Source: Candidatus Harpocratesius repetitus (GTDB taxonomy: Archaea > Asgardarchaeota > Lokiarchaeia > Sigyniarchaeales > Promethearchaeaceae). Taken from it: a DNA stretch of 32,000 nt. Within the stretch, counting starts at the first letter, position 1. Each line of letters begins with the position of its first letter. Shown piece by piece: positions 9,101-17,814 of this stretch. Both the position numbers and the translations under genes were made by a program. The stretch covers positions 1,890,001 through 1,922,000 of the forward strand of contig JAIZWK010000001.1 in NCBI GenBank assembly GCA_021498095.1. The letters are read 5' to 3'. The notes below the pieces were generated by a model that saw only the letters and a program-made list of their open reading frames with translations, did not search any database and was not told the DNA's origin.

Positions 9101-9254
9101 TGCATTAGCTCGTGATGGTGAAGAAATTGTTCTCTGTCCTAAAGCCAAAGATGAAAAAGATCTTATTGCTATTGTTTCAATATTAGAAGGCTATGCACAG
9201 ATTTTCGGCAGTTTTATTTATCCAATATTCCAAGCCAATTCACGACCTATATAA
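6102..9254 (+). CDS. Giant TrmB-like protein: N-terminal wHTH, ~830-aa helical/coiled-coil rod, C-terminal TrmB/PLD-like domain
   Basis: N-terminus GLSEAELDVYTVIL...TVSEIAGIL...LEQLKFI...RYIPLEP (TrmB HTH). C-terminus WHVFGTQALIESIIASMKRTKSTITIITP...DGEEIVLCP (TrmB effector-like). The middle is Q/E/K-rich helix without ATPase motifs. Confidence 0.75.
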   Translation: MSLKERIPKIYEHYGLSEAELDVYTVILKYTQVTVSEIAGILNKNNLMEIQPIVDKLEQLKFIHKIPGIVDRYIPLEPYLELFEKEALHFRDVISEIKDNVLSDQASRFENLEDSENSTTEQVNSYVETQISDVFRESDQQDVEKKTLIENAINRYTETSKSLEQQIEQSTFQARDQFESTRVEYTEKVKNTTENARDRLKESCKNLEDEIQKGLFLARDRFQETTSKVEDEIQTIMYNSRDRYEKTSLDLEKDLHEHIDHNYDQFKTAVNSHDTQVNQIIDDHITKFKTDKDNFNAQIDDFTTSHKTQYQEFEVEMHGMIDELNQDLKQIAEEFKQTYDNTTVDHKNTWNQIVDDILKDFSERVDSLENECKQQLDEHVELHKENVSELHPKVKETLEKYLMRMKNVVDDLKNEFSNLLTNQIENNKLYTEKIQNDIKERVETRHSELAGQVLAFKNAAIELMDNLKDTSDRYEGLAHDLAKRGSAWKALLFGKHKKFLENYKEIQERVGKISGSMKANFEESTANYIQKTGETTTQIKEDIDSIISTEVQKMTSDIKALDTKQKETLGLELGDLAHDLNEETTLLFQTNVEHCQTTTTQLKDKLENSLHTHHDDFELAFNKHRQNVLKFSDESNSTANGKIDQWYTSIDSRHASGKQKVTGIVQAHDQNVANYKQQVISNNNEHTTLLATEMSEFKNQQRKVYDTQLDTIRKDFDSTKQTISQSLHNQIQLIKDDVHNLNSMQHQKLDEQIQLVKTEFEKLNDLQHQKLDEEIALFTEEVAQINKVQQEQIDNHIAKFKEIIQSLDTKQKNDIDSQISLVTEEFNKLENDLHVLLEKRKADYQEKLNNLKTDLIKTIHENIQDTKDAIADFTLNFMNSIDEAVEIAEEDVDELSAISEASRNVPSLGRSATWHVFGTQALIESIIASMKRTKSTITIITPTVEPKVLEALSQVAYEKKSARFLYTTNWDLGKYGPIVEKMKVFGNIQFRNLKGANDFYALARDGEEIVLCPKAKDEKDLIAIVSILEGYAQIFGSFIYPIFQANSRPI
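6621..6884 (+). repeat. Intragenic 66-bp (22-aa) tandem repeats, block 1
   Basis: ARDQFESTRVEYTEKVKNTTEN / ARDRLKESCKNLEDEIQKGLFL / ARDRFQETTSKVEDEIQTIMYN / SRDRYEKTSLDLEKDLHEHIDH, starting at 6621, 6687, 6753 and 6819. Confidence 0.8.
8289..8618 (+). repeat. Intragenic 66-bp (22-aa) tandem repeats, block 2
   Basis: QIQLIKDDVHNLNSMQHQKLDE / QIQLVKTEFEKLNDLQHQKLDE / EIALFTEEVAQINKVQQEQIDN / HIAKFKEIIQSLDTKQKNDIDS / QISLVTEEFNKLENDLHVLLEK. DNA similarity is visible (caacatcaaaaattagatgaa occurs twice, 66 bp apart). Confidence 0.85.
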
Positions 9255-9328
9255 AAAATAAATATTGTTGCTTTTTTTTTCTTTTTCTTATTTGTTCCTG
9301 CGATAAATGCTAAATATAGTAGATTGAA

Positions 9329-10336
9329 TTAAAAAATAGCACCAAAAACCAAATAGCATAACATAGACAAAATTGCAGCTACAGGAAAAGTAATTATCCA
9401 ACTTAGAACCATTTTACGAAACGATTTTTTATCAGGTCGTTCACCTTTAACCAGGCCTGCTCCAATTACTGCGAAAATCAGAATATGGCTACCTGATACT
9501 GGTAGTCCTAAGATTGTCGCCAAAAATATTACGATACTGGTAGAAATTTGAATACTGAAGGCATCACTCGGGCGCATTTCAATTAAATTATTACCAACAT
9601 TTGCAATCACATTTTTTCCTACAATGATTAATCCTGCAGCTAATACCATACCAGTTAAAGCCACTAACCAGAATTGAAGGCTTGGATCAACATCTCCACT
9701 ATTCACTAATCCAAACAAAATTCCAAGCGCATTTGCTGAATCATTTCCCCCACGAGAGATTTGAGTCCAACACACTGAAATTATCAACAACCATATAAAT
9801 GATTTTTCTGTACGTTCAAGCCCATCTAATCCTTTCAATCTTACCTTTATGAATTTTTTAACAACTAATTGAATAAGGTAGGCACCTAAAAATCCCAAGA
9901 TCGGAGAAATTACCCACCCTAAAGCAACATCTCCCATTTTACTCCAATTAAGAGTATTCACAAACGATACAGAATTTTGAATACTATACATTACAGCAAT
10001 TCCAAATACAGATCCAACTACTGAATGTGTTGTTGATATTGGAGCCCCAAATTGAGAAGCAACGACCAACCAGATGGATGTACTTACCAAAATAGCCAGC
10101 ATCATGGAAATTTCATATTGTACAGTCGTACCTAACAAATTTTTACCTATTGTTTTCCCTACTTTTGCTGATAAAAGTAATACTCCAATAAATACTAAAG
10201 ATCCTCCTAAAATGATTGTTGTCTTAAGTTTTAAGGCACGACTACCAACAATTGTAGCCATAGTTTCATCATTAGCTCCAATTGCGAAAGCAAGTGCCAT
10301 CATAAGCACCAAAAGAACGATTACAAGAGTCTCCAC
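9329..10336 (-). CDS. pit: Inorganic phosphate transporter, PiT family
   Basis: Both PiT signatures are present (GANDETM and GGNDSANALG), together with PISTTHSVVGS and LPVSGSH. Multi-TM. Confidence 0.93.
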   Translation of the reverse strand: METLVIVLLVLMMALAFAIGANDETMATIVGSRALKLKTTIILGGSLVFIGVLLLSAKVGKTIGKNLLGTTVQYEISMMLAILVSTSIWLVVASQFGAPISTTHSVVGSVFGIAVMYSIQNSVSFVNTLNWSKMGDVALGWVISPILGFLGAYLIQLVVKKFIKVRLKGLDGLERTEKSFIWLLIISVCWTQISRGGNDSANALGILFGLVNSGDVDPSLQFWLVALTGMVLAAGLIIVGKNVIANVGNNLIEMRPSDAFSIQISTSIVIFLATILGLPVSGSHILIFAVIGAGLVKGERPDKKSFRKMVLSWIITFPVAAILSMLCYLVFGAIF

Positions 10337-10397
10337 ATTTGTTCCTTCCTGGGTTTTATTTTAAAATTATTTTAGCTAATCCTAATTCTTCTAGAAG

Positions 10398-11051
10398 TTA
10401 TAATGAATATTTACAGATGAAACTAAAGATTTGATCTGCGAATTCTTCTCCTCTGTCTGCAACTTTGGCTAATGATTTTATTAAATCTCTTAAATAAGAA
10501 AATTCTAAAAAGTTCTTATTAATTTTATAATTCTCTTCTAATAGTTGCCAGTGTATTTCACGAATTTCTCTTCGTAAATCGGTGATCTGTTTAATATGTG
10601 GAGATGTTTTTGAAAAATCATCAAAAACAGTTTGGATCAGTAATTTTAATTCCGTACCTATAAATGCATTATTTTTAGTTATTATCCTTAACTTCTCTTT
10701 AATATTCAAAGGTATAGAAGGATTAAATTGAAGAAGCTTTCGAACAACAATCTCACATTCATCTACAATTTTATCCATTTGTTCGATGATTTTTAACCTA
10801 TCCATGCGCGAAAATACCATTGTTTCTTTAGAGAATAAGCGTTCTATCATTTTTGAACGAAGAGCATCTTGTTCTTTCTCAATTTTAATGGTTTCATGTG
10901 CTTTTTTTTCTTTTTCTTCTTCATTTCCTTCAATATAAGCATCTAGTGAAGCACTCATAGCATGAAAGGCTTTTTCTAATAAATCACTATCTTGATCAAA
11001 TAGAATGCGCAGTTTAATCGGTGCTTTTTTTGACATAAACATATTTCTCAA
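10398..11051 (-). CDS. DUF47 / PhoU-like phosphate transport regulator
   Basis: All-helical protein with EKEQDALRSKM, DRLKIIEQMDKIVD and KVADRGEEFAD. It lies immediately upstream of pit, the usual DUF47-PiT pairing. Confidence 0.88.
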   Translation of the reverse strand: MRNMFMSKKAPIKLRILFDQDSDLLEKAFHAMSASLDAYIEGNEEEKEKKAHETIKIEKEQDALRSKMIERLFSKETMVFSRMDRLKIIEQMDKIVDECEIVVRKLLQFNPSIPLNIKEKLRIITKNNAFIGTELKLLIQTVFDDFSKTSPHIKQITDLRREIREIHWQLLEENYKINKNFLEFSYLRDLIKSLAKVADRGEEFADQIFSFICKYSL

Positions 11052-11111
11052 TTGTTCTTATTAATATGATCTTTATGAAATATCAAAAAGAAGATATCCA
11101 AGAGAAGAAAA

Positions 11112-13448
11112 TTATGAGTGTAAAGACTTTTTGTTAGAATCTTTTTGCTTAATTGATGTAAGGACTTGTTTTAACTGGTCAATTGTATAAGGTTTTTTCA
11201 AAAATCCATCAAATCCATACTCTCTAAAATTTGCAATTATAGGATCCGTAGAATAACCGCTTGAAACAATAACAGGTATGGTTGAATCGACCTCTTTTAT
11301 CATTTGAACTATTGTTTCACCACCTACATCTCCTGGAATAGTAAGATCAGTAATGATCACATCAAAAATTTCATTTGAATCTAAGGATTTTTTTAATTGA
11401 ATCAAAGTTTCTTTACTGGAATAAACAGATACTAAATTTATTCCTAGATGATCGCAAAATCGTTGCATAATATTATGAATTGATTTATCATCATCGAGGA
11501 AAAGAATTTTTTTAATTTGCATGATTGGTAACAAGGATTTTGGAGAAGACGCAGAGATTTGCTGCTTTTTTAATATTGGTAATAAAATAAGGAACACGGT
11601 TCCTTCATGCTCAATTGAACGAAATGTTAGAAAACCTTCATGATTTTTAATAATTGAATAAGCTGTGGCTAAACCTAATCCTGATCCTGTGGGTTTAGTT
11701 GAAAAATATGGTTCAAATATGTGCTTTTGAAGATCATTAGGAATTCCTTCTCCAGTATCTTCAATTTCAATCTGAATATATTCTCCTGGTGTTAAAGGAA
11801 TGACATCATCGTATGAAATTTTCACCGTATGGGCTCTAACATATAAATTTCCTCCATTAGGCATCGCTTGGAGTGCATTTATCACTAAATTATTAATTAC
11901 CTGCGACACTTGAATTCCATCAATCTGAGTATTAGGTAGATTTTTCGAAATTTCAAAATGATACTTTACTTTTGATCCCCTAAGAACAAATTTCGTAGTA
12001 TCATAAAGAATGTCTTTAATTGATTCAAATTTTTTAACTGGAACTCCACCTTTTGAGAATGTTAAAAGTTGATTTGTCAAATCTCTTGCTCTAAATGTTG
12101 CTTTTTCTAAATCCGCTAACAATTCTGAATTCTCTTTATTTTCTTGTTTTTTACAGTTCAATTGTAAAAGATTAATTGTTCCTAAAATACTTGTCAATAT
12201 ATTGTTAAAATCATGAGCAATTCCTCCAGCTAAAAGACCAATTGATTCAATTTTTTCTCTATGGATCTGTTCTTCAATTTCTCGTTTTCGACGTGAAATA
12301 TCCCGAATTATTGCTGTAGCATTAATCACTTTATTTCCTTTATATGAAAATCTGGAATTAATTTCAACGAAAATTTTCTCACCGTTCTTTTTAATCATTT
12401 CAATCTCATAGAAAGTTCGAGTTAGGTGACCTGAAAATTTAAGATCTCCCATTTTATCCATGCGATCCCAATATTGATTATCAACAAATTCTCGAAAGTC
12501 ATGACCAATCATCTCATTCCGAGAATAACCCAATATTTCTTCACAAGCAGGGTTAATTTCGATTACAATACGCTCTGTATTAACCAAAATAATCATGTCG
12601 CTTGCATCTTCAACAATTTTGCGATATTCATTTGCCTTATCTTCTGCAATTGCTTCTGCTAATTTTTGTGCTGTAATATCTCGAAATGTGGTTAAATATT
12701 CTCCTTGACCAATTTTTATTTCTTCTAATATTGCCCATTTTATTTCTCCATTATGGCATACAATTTGTCGTTCACGGGCAATATCTGATGAATCTTGATG
12801 TTTATCTCCTTCTACTTTGACTTGTGCTCTGTATTTTGGATCAGGATATGCCAATTCGATCCATTTTTGATTATTAGGGATATCTTTAAGGGTATAACCA
12901 AAAGTTTCTTCAAATTTTTTATTTACATATAATATTTCTTGATTTTGATTTGAAATCACAAGAGGAATAGGTAAATGATGAACAATTCGTTGATAACGCT
13001 CTTGTGTTTGTTTCAGAGATTGTTGTGTTTGGAATTTTTCTGAAATATCTTCTAAAATAGTTATAAAATATTCTTCTGATATTGGAATATCTTGGAAAAT
13101 AATTGATTTGATTGTTCCATTTTTACATTTTACATGTTGTAATCTTTTAGGTGTTGTATCTTCGAGTATCTTATTAAAGTGGTTTAGAATTTCAGGAATT
13201 GTATCTTGAATTATCTTTCGGTAATCTTCTTCAGGATATGCTTGTTCTTCCCACATTTTTGTCGTTGAAACATCTTCTAGTGTATAACCTAATAAAATTG
13301 TAAATTGAGGATTTACATATAAATTATGATCTTCCTTATCTGAAATGACCGCAGCATAAGGAAATTTGCTTAAAAAGTATTTTATAGCCTCAAATGATGG
13401 ATTTGATTTATTCATCGTAAATAGTTTCCTTATTTTTTGCAGAATCAA
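11112..13448 (-). CDS. Cytoplasmic hybrid histidine kinase: 3 PAS + HisKA + HATPase + receiver
   Basis: H-box LAGGIAHDFNNIL, N-box QVINNLVINALQAM, DTGEGI, FEPYFSTK, GSGLGL. Receiver LFLDDD...TDLTIPG...SGY...KPY. Three YVN/IN PAS starts. The start could be ATG 13415. Confidence 0.93.
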   Translation of the reverse strand: MILQKIRKLFTMNKSNPSFEAIKYFLSKFPYAAVISDKEDHNLYVNPQFTILLGYTLEDVSTTKMWEEQAYPEEDYRKIIQDTIPEILNHFNKILEDTTPKRLQHVKCKNGTIKSIIFQDIPISEEYFITILEDISEKFQTQQSLKQTQERYQRIVHHLPIPLVISNQNQEILYVNKKFEETFGYTLKDIPNNQKWIELAYPDPKYRAQVKVEGDKHQDSSDIARERQIVCHNGEIKWAILEEIKIGQGEYLTTFRDITAQKLAEAIAEDKANEYRKIVEDASDMIILVNTERIVIEINPACEEILGYSRNEMIGHDFREFVDNQYWDRMDKMGDLKFSGHLTRTFYEIEMIKKNGEKIFVEINSRFSYKGNKVINATAIIRDISRRKREIEEQIHREKIESIGLLAGGIAHDFNNILTSILGTINLLQLNCKKQENKENSELLADLEKATFRARDLTNQLLTFSKGGVPVKKFESIKDILYDTTKFVLRGSKVKYHFEISKNLPNTQIDGIQVSQVINNLVINALQAMPNGGNLYVRAHTVKISYDDVIPLTPGEYIQIEIEDTGEGIPNDLQKHIFEPYFSTKPTGSGLGLATAYSIIKNHEGFLTFRSIEHEGTVFLILLPILKKQQISASSPKSLLPIMQIKKILFLDDDKSIHNIMQRFCDHLGINLVSVYSSKETLIQLKKSLDSNEIFDVIITDLTIPGDVGGETIVQMIKEVDSTIPVIVSSGYSTDPIIANFREYGFDGFLKKPYTIDQLKQVLTSIKQKDSNKKSLHS

Positions 13449-13671
13449 TTATTTACTGTTTATTCCCATGATAATTGTTTGTTGTTATTTTTATTTTTTT
13501 TTACATTAACGATGTAATTGGTTTTTTATAGTTTTTCTTGTCTTGAAATTTTTATAAAATCTCAATTTTGATTCAATTTCGGTAGAATTGTTCATATTTT
13601 ACTTCTTTGCAGGGGTGCATTGCAATTTTGAGAGATAAAGGGAATAATTTAAAAGCTACGCTTTCTTACCC

Positions 13672-14982
13672 TTGGATATGATCTCAAATCTTCGGGGAAA
13701 TCCATCGGCTACCACCGATATCGGAAAAATTATTCCCAATCAGATTAATCCACAGTTACTTTTAGATATTGCGGAAGTGGTAGATCCTTTGGTTTCCCAA
13801 AAATTGCCTCAGAAGCGAAGTGGATTTTCCTACACCATCTTCGTTTTATTTGCATGTTGTATGCAAATTTTAAGACTTTCGCCCCGACACACATCAGAAA
13901 TTTTCCAAGAAAAGTGTTCTCGCGCTCAAATTTCATTTCAATCCTACTCAGGTACCAAATTTTCAAATGGCAAACAACGGAGATTCTTCCCTGATCAACC
14001 TGCTTTTTCTCGATGTCTCCAAACCTTGTCTAAGTTAGATTTAGTTGAAGAATTTTGGAATTCTGTACTTTTAACACATATATTAATTCTCAAATCTTTG
14101 AAAATTGTAGGTTCAGATCTAAAGTTAATAGCAGATTATACTGATACACCGTGCAAGAAAAATGAAGACGATCCATATTGTTTCGGAAAAAAAGAAGGTA
14201 AAACAGTTCATCGAACGCTTAGTTTTTCCGTTATTTCAGGTGATTTTCATCAAATGATTGCTAATTTCAAGATTAAAAAGCGTCAAGATAAACTCCTCTT
14301 GTTTCACAATGTCCATGAGATGCTAATTTCTAACTGCTTTTCCATAAAATATGTTATGCTTGACAGAGGTTTTTATCGTAAACGAATACTAAAGTTCTTT
14401 CAGCGGAAGCACATAACCGTGATTATGCCAGGAAGAAAATGTACGCAGACAAAACAAAAAATTATGAACTAATTGAATGGAATTGGCAAAAAATACTGCA
14501 AAGGTGTAATTAAGGGTAAATACGTAAAAAAAGAGGGGTTTTCACCCATTAAATTCGATCTTCTGCTTGTTGCTAAACGCAGATTTAATTTAAAAGAAAT
14601 CATTCAAGATTTTAATCAAAAAAAGATCAGTGAACAAGTCGCCAGCAGCCGTATTTTTCCCCTAATTGTTATGTTCTGCTCAAAATCAGGCATAAAAACC
14701 CTACACGGCAATGAGAATTATATCCGAGATCTTTATCGCCAGAGATGGTTGATAGAAATCGCATTTCGTGAAATGAATCGGTTAGGTATTGCACAAAAGG
14801 TGCAAGATCGCAATATCCGGCTGAATATTATGGGAATGCGGTGCTTCTTGTACAATATATGGCAGACACAACGATTTCTAACAAAGAAAAGCGATCCTTC
14901 TGCAGCAGATTTAGAATTGAATGAATTTCTTAGAAAAATCATGCATAATTTACGCATTTACCAACATTCCATCCAAATTTAA
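13672..14982 (+). mobile_element. IS4-superfamily (ISH3-like) DDE transposase, interrupted by an in-frame TAA at 14470-14472
   Basis: Two consecutive same-frame ORFs (266 + 169 aa). Catalytic-type motifs IADYT, MLDRGFY and the IS4-type YRQRWLIEIAFR. Terminal inverted repeats not confidently found. Confidence 0.85.
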
Positions 14983-15321
14983 AATTTGTCGATCAGAAAT
15001 TTAGAACTTTTTTTATCAAGTTCAACTATAATTTGATTAAAAATAGTCAAAAATCGACCCATAATTATATTTTCTAAAGTTCATTTTTGCCGACTGAAAT
15101 AATTCTTGGATAAGTTTGATTATTGTCGGAAGATGAAAGATTAAAATTGGAATTCTGTCAAAAATAAAGAAGTTGCTAGAACCTCATAAATTCTTAAAAT
15201 GAAATAATTCCTTACTTTTATAATTTTTAATCGTCTTTTTTTTAAGAGATTTATACAAAACAAAATTAATTCATAATATTTTTACCATCAAATTACTATT
15301 TATCTTTTGGTGCTATATAAA

Positions 15322-16047
15322 ATGGAAAACAATAAAGCAATTCAAGTTAATGACGGTATATATTGGGTTGGATTTGGAGATCCTAAAGCAGGTTTTTCTA
15401 ATAATCCATACTTGCTGATTGAAGGCGATTCGGTTGTTTTATTTGATCCTGGCTCACGTCTTCCAGAACATTTTAATATTGTTAAACAGAAAATCGAATC
15501 CGTTATTCCAATAGAGAAAATTAATTATATCGTTGTTCATCATCAAGATCCAGATTTGGCCGCTTCAATTCCCTTATTTGAAGATATTATTGGCGTGGAT
15601 AATTTTGAGATAATTTCCACTCTTAGAACCTCATTACTTTTACCATATTATGGATTTCGTACAGAAATCACAACAATTGAAGATGGGGATATCTTACAAT
15701 TAGATAACGGAAGAGAATTGATGTTTATTACATCTCCCTATCTTCATTTTGCAGGTGCGCATGTCTCATATGATATGAAGACAAAAACGCTCTTTTCTAG
15801 CGATATTTTTGCTGCCTTTTCAGTAGATTGGCATCTATATGCTAATGAAAATTACATCGAAGCCATGCGGATATTTCATGAACCATATATTGCACATAAG
15901 TCTGCTATAGAAAGTTTTGCAAATAAAATCAAGGATTTCGAAATTAAAATGATCTGTCCGCAACATGGATCAATTATCAAAGAAGAATTTATTCCAAAGT
16001 GTGTTGAAGCACTTTTAAATTTCGAGGTGGGGTCATGGCTGATTTAA
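15322..16047 (+). CDS. Stand-alone MBL-fold di-iron protein, ODP (oxygen-binding di-iron protein)-like
   Basis: HHQDPDL in place of HxHxDH, PYLHFAG, LFSSDIF, ICPQHG, and NPYLLIEGD...LFDPG. No flavodoxin domain, so not FprA. Start ATG 15322 preferred. Confidence 0.85.
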   Translation: MENNKAIQVNDGIYWVGFGDPKAGFSNNPYLLIEGDSVVLFDPGSRLPEHFNIVKQKIESVIPIEKINYIVVHHQDPDLAASIPLFEDIIGVDNFEIISTLRTSLLLPYYGFRTEITTIEDGDILQLDNGRELMFITSPYLHFAGAHVSYDMKTKTLFSSDIFAAFSVDWHLYANENYIEAMRIFHEPYIAHKSAIESFANKIKDFEIKMICPQHGSIIKEEFIPKCVEALLNFEVGSWLI

Positions 16048-16370
16048 ATTTAGATGATAAAAAACTAATGGATTTTATAAATTTAATGGTCACCCGTGGA
16101 TTAGGTTTATACGGACAGGAATTAATGGCTAAAATTTGCTATGAATCTGGTATTGCTTTAACTGATCAGAATGAAATTGACTGGTTAGAAGATAATCACA
16201 TTCAAGCAGTGAATAAACTACTTGTTAATTATGGTTCTCGTAATCTTCCTGCAAAAATGACAGCTATTGTATTAGCCAGACAAAATCAAATTCCTGTACC
16301 AGAAGAATTATTGACGAAGAGAAGCTCAAAAAAGAGAAGAAGTATTTTCAAGCGATTTCGGAGAAAATAA
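16035..16370 (+). CDS. Small hypothetical helical protein coupled to the ODP gene
   Basis: Strong SD GAGGTG, 13-nt overlap with the ODP gene end, protein-like composition, basic C-tail. Confidence 0.8.
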   Translation: MADLNLDDKKLMDFINLMVTRGLGLYGQELMAKICYESGIALTDQNEIDWLEDNHIQAVNKLLVNYGSRNLPAKMTAIVLARQNQIPVPEELLTKRSSKKRRSIFKRFRRK

Positions 16371-16465
16371 TATTTCAACAGAATATATTAAATATTTATA
16401 ATTTTTTTTAATTCAATTTATTTTTTTAACCATTTTAATTAAAGTTATTATAGGAACTACTTGCA

Positions 16466-17713
16466 ATGCATCAAAAATACCAAGTCGAAAAAGCTTTTGT
16501 ATTTGACCAATACGGCTTAGCTAAAGTTATGTTTGATTTTAACCAAAATCAATTGGTACTTGATGAAATCCTCTTATCTGGATTTCTAAGTGCTATTGAT
16601 GGTTTTTCTCAAAATATTTTCCAGAATAAATCCAGTCATTTTGTTATTGATACTGGTTCACAAAAAATTTCTCTATTCAAATCTGAAGGATTGATTATTG
16701 CTATAATCTCAGATCAAGATTTAATATTATATAAAGATCAAATTCTCTCCCTTCTTTCTTATTTTGCTTCAAATTATCCAATAGATTCAAATTCACGCCA
16801 AGATCCAGAACTATATGAAGATTTTAAAATTAAGCTTATCTATATTTTATTTCAAAAACCAATCTCAGTGGATTGGATTCCTGTTTTAGATATTAATGAT
16901 CAAAATATATCAGAATGGAAGCATCTTCAACAAAAATTCCCAATATTAACAGAAGTCGATGGTAAAACAGAGATCCAAAATCTTCCAGGGTTTTCTCGAG
17001 ATCAAGAACAGACTATTTTAGAAGTTTTTAATTATTGTTCCTATCAACAAATGCTACATTTTGATATGATGATTGAAGAACGCGATTATGTATGTGGAAG
17101 CGAAAAGCTTATTGATCTTCTTAATGGCAAATCGAATGAATATAAAATTTTAAAAAACAAATATCAAAGCTTTGAATTCATCGATCTATTATCTGATTTA
17201 AAATCTCATCAAGCAGTATTTCGATTACAATCTAAATATGGTAAAGATATCTTGGATGTTCTTAATGGTTTAGAGCAATCCGGATATATTATATTGATTC
17301 CTGATAACCAACGTAAAATTTTGCTGCTAGTTGATTTAGTTGAAGAATTTTTACAAATTTTACAGTCAATAGTTAAACCAAAGAAATTTTCCGTAGATCT
17401 TCGCTTTTTACTAGATAAGTTAGATTTTCCTGAAATTACTTCTCGCATTCAAATTGATTCACGCCCAATTTGGATAAAAAAGGATGATATATTGAGCCAA
17501 TATTCAACTCCTAACGAAATGGCTCATTTCATGGATATTTGGATTACATTTGAGCGTACATTGGTTGATTTCTATTATTCAAAATATAAACGACAATTGA
17601 ATACAATAATACATGAAAAACTGATTAATCATTATCTTAATATTATTCATCCGCAAGATTTGAATATTTTAAATCCGTTTTTGACAGCAATTGAGGGTGC
17701 CTGCTTAGATTAA
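16466..17713 (+). CDS. Longin-like N-terminal domain protein with probable winged-helix modules
   Basis: KAFVFDQYGL...DEILLSGFLSAIDGFSQNIF...LIIAIISD fits the longin pattern common in Asgard archaea. DWIPVL...ILTEVDGKTEIQNL resembles the post-longin DG-xx-I helical module. Confidence 0.65.
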   Translation: MHQKYQVEKAFVFDQYGLAKVMFDFNQNQLVLDEILLSGFLSAIDGFSQNIFQNKSSHFVIDTGSQKISLFKSEGLIIAIISDQDLILYKDQILSLLSYFASNYPIDSNSRQDPELYEDFKIKLIYILFQKPISVDWIPVLDINDQNISEWKHLQQKFPILTEVDGKTEIQNLPGFSRDQEQTILEVFNYCSYQQMLHFDMMIEERDYVCGSEKLIDLLNGKSNEYKILKNKYQSFEFIDLLSDLKSHQAVFRLQSKYGKDILDVLNGLEQSGYIILIPDNQRKILLLVDLVEEFLQILQSIVKPKKFSVDLRFLLDKLDFPEITSRIQIDSRPIWIKKDDILSQYSTPNEMAHFMDIWITFERTLVDFYYSKYKRQLNTIIHEKLINHYLNIIHPQDLNILNPFLTAIEGACLD

Positions 17714-17749
17714 CTTATCTAATAAAAAGTTAATTAATGATTAAAGCAA

Positions 17750-17771
17750 TATCTTGCAGAAATGCAAGATA
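17750..17771. other. Perfect 9-bp inverted repeat with a GAAA centre (hairpin or operator)
   Basis: TATCTTGCA-GAAA-TGCAAGATA between the longin gene stop and the PAP2 gene, just upstream of a TTTATATA box. Confidence 0.55.
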
Positions 17772-17814
17772 CCTTAAGCTAATTTTTATATAGTTTCTTG
17801 ATGAATAAATATTT

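Noticed and set aside
6102-9254. SMC/Rad50 annotation
   Set aside because: No Walker A/B, signature motif, hinge or CxxC hook. The termini are TrmB-like.
14470-14472. Recoded stop (selenocysteine/pyrrolysine) in the transposase
   Set aside because: The codon is TAA, not TGA or TAG. Simple nonsense mutation or error is more likely.
13579-15096. Terminal inverted repeats TCGGTAGAATTGTTC (13579) versus the complement of GTTCATTTTTGCCGACTG (to 15096)
   Set aside because: Only about 10 of 15 positions match in AT-rich DNA and no target duplication is seen, so the IS ends are left undefined.
15322-16047. FprA/flavodiiron protein
   Set aside because: The ORF ends after the MBL domain with no flavodoxin domain, and HQDPD fits ODP better.
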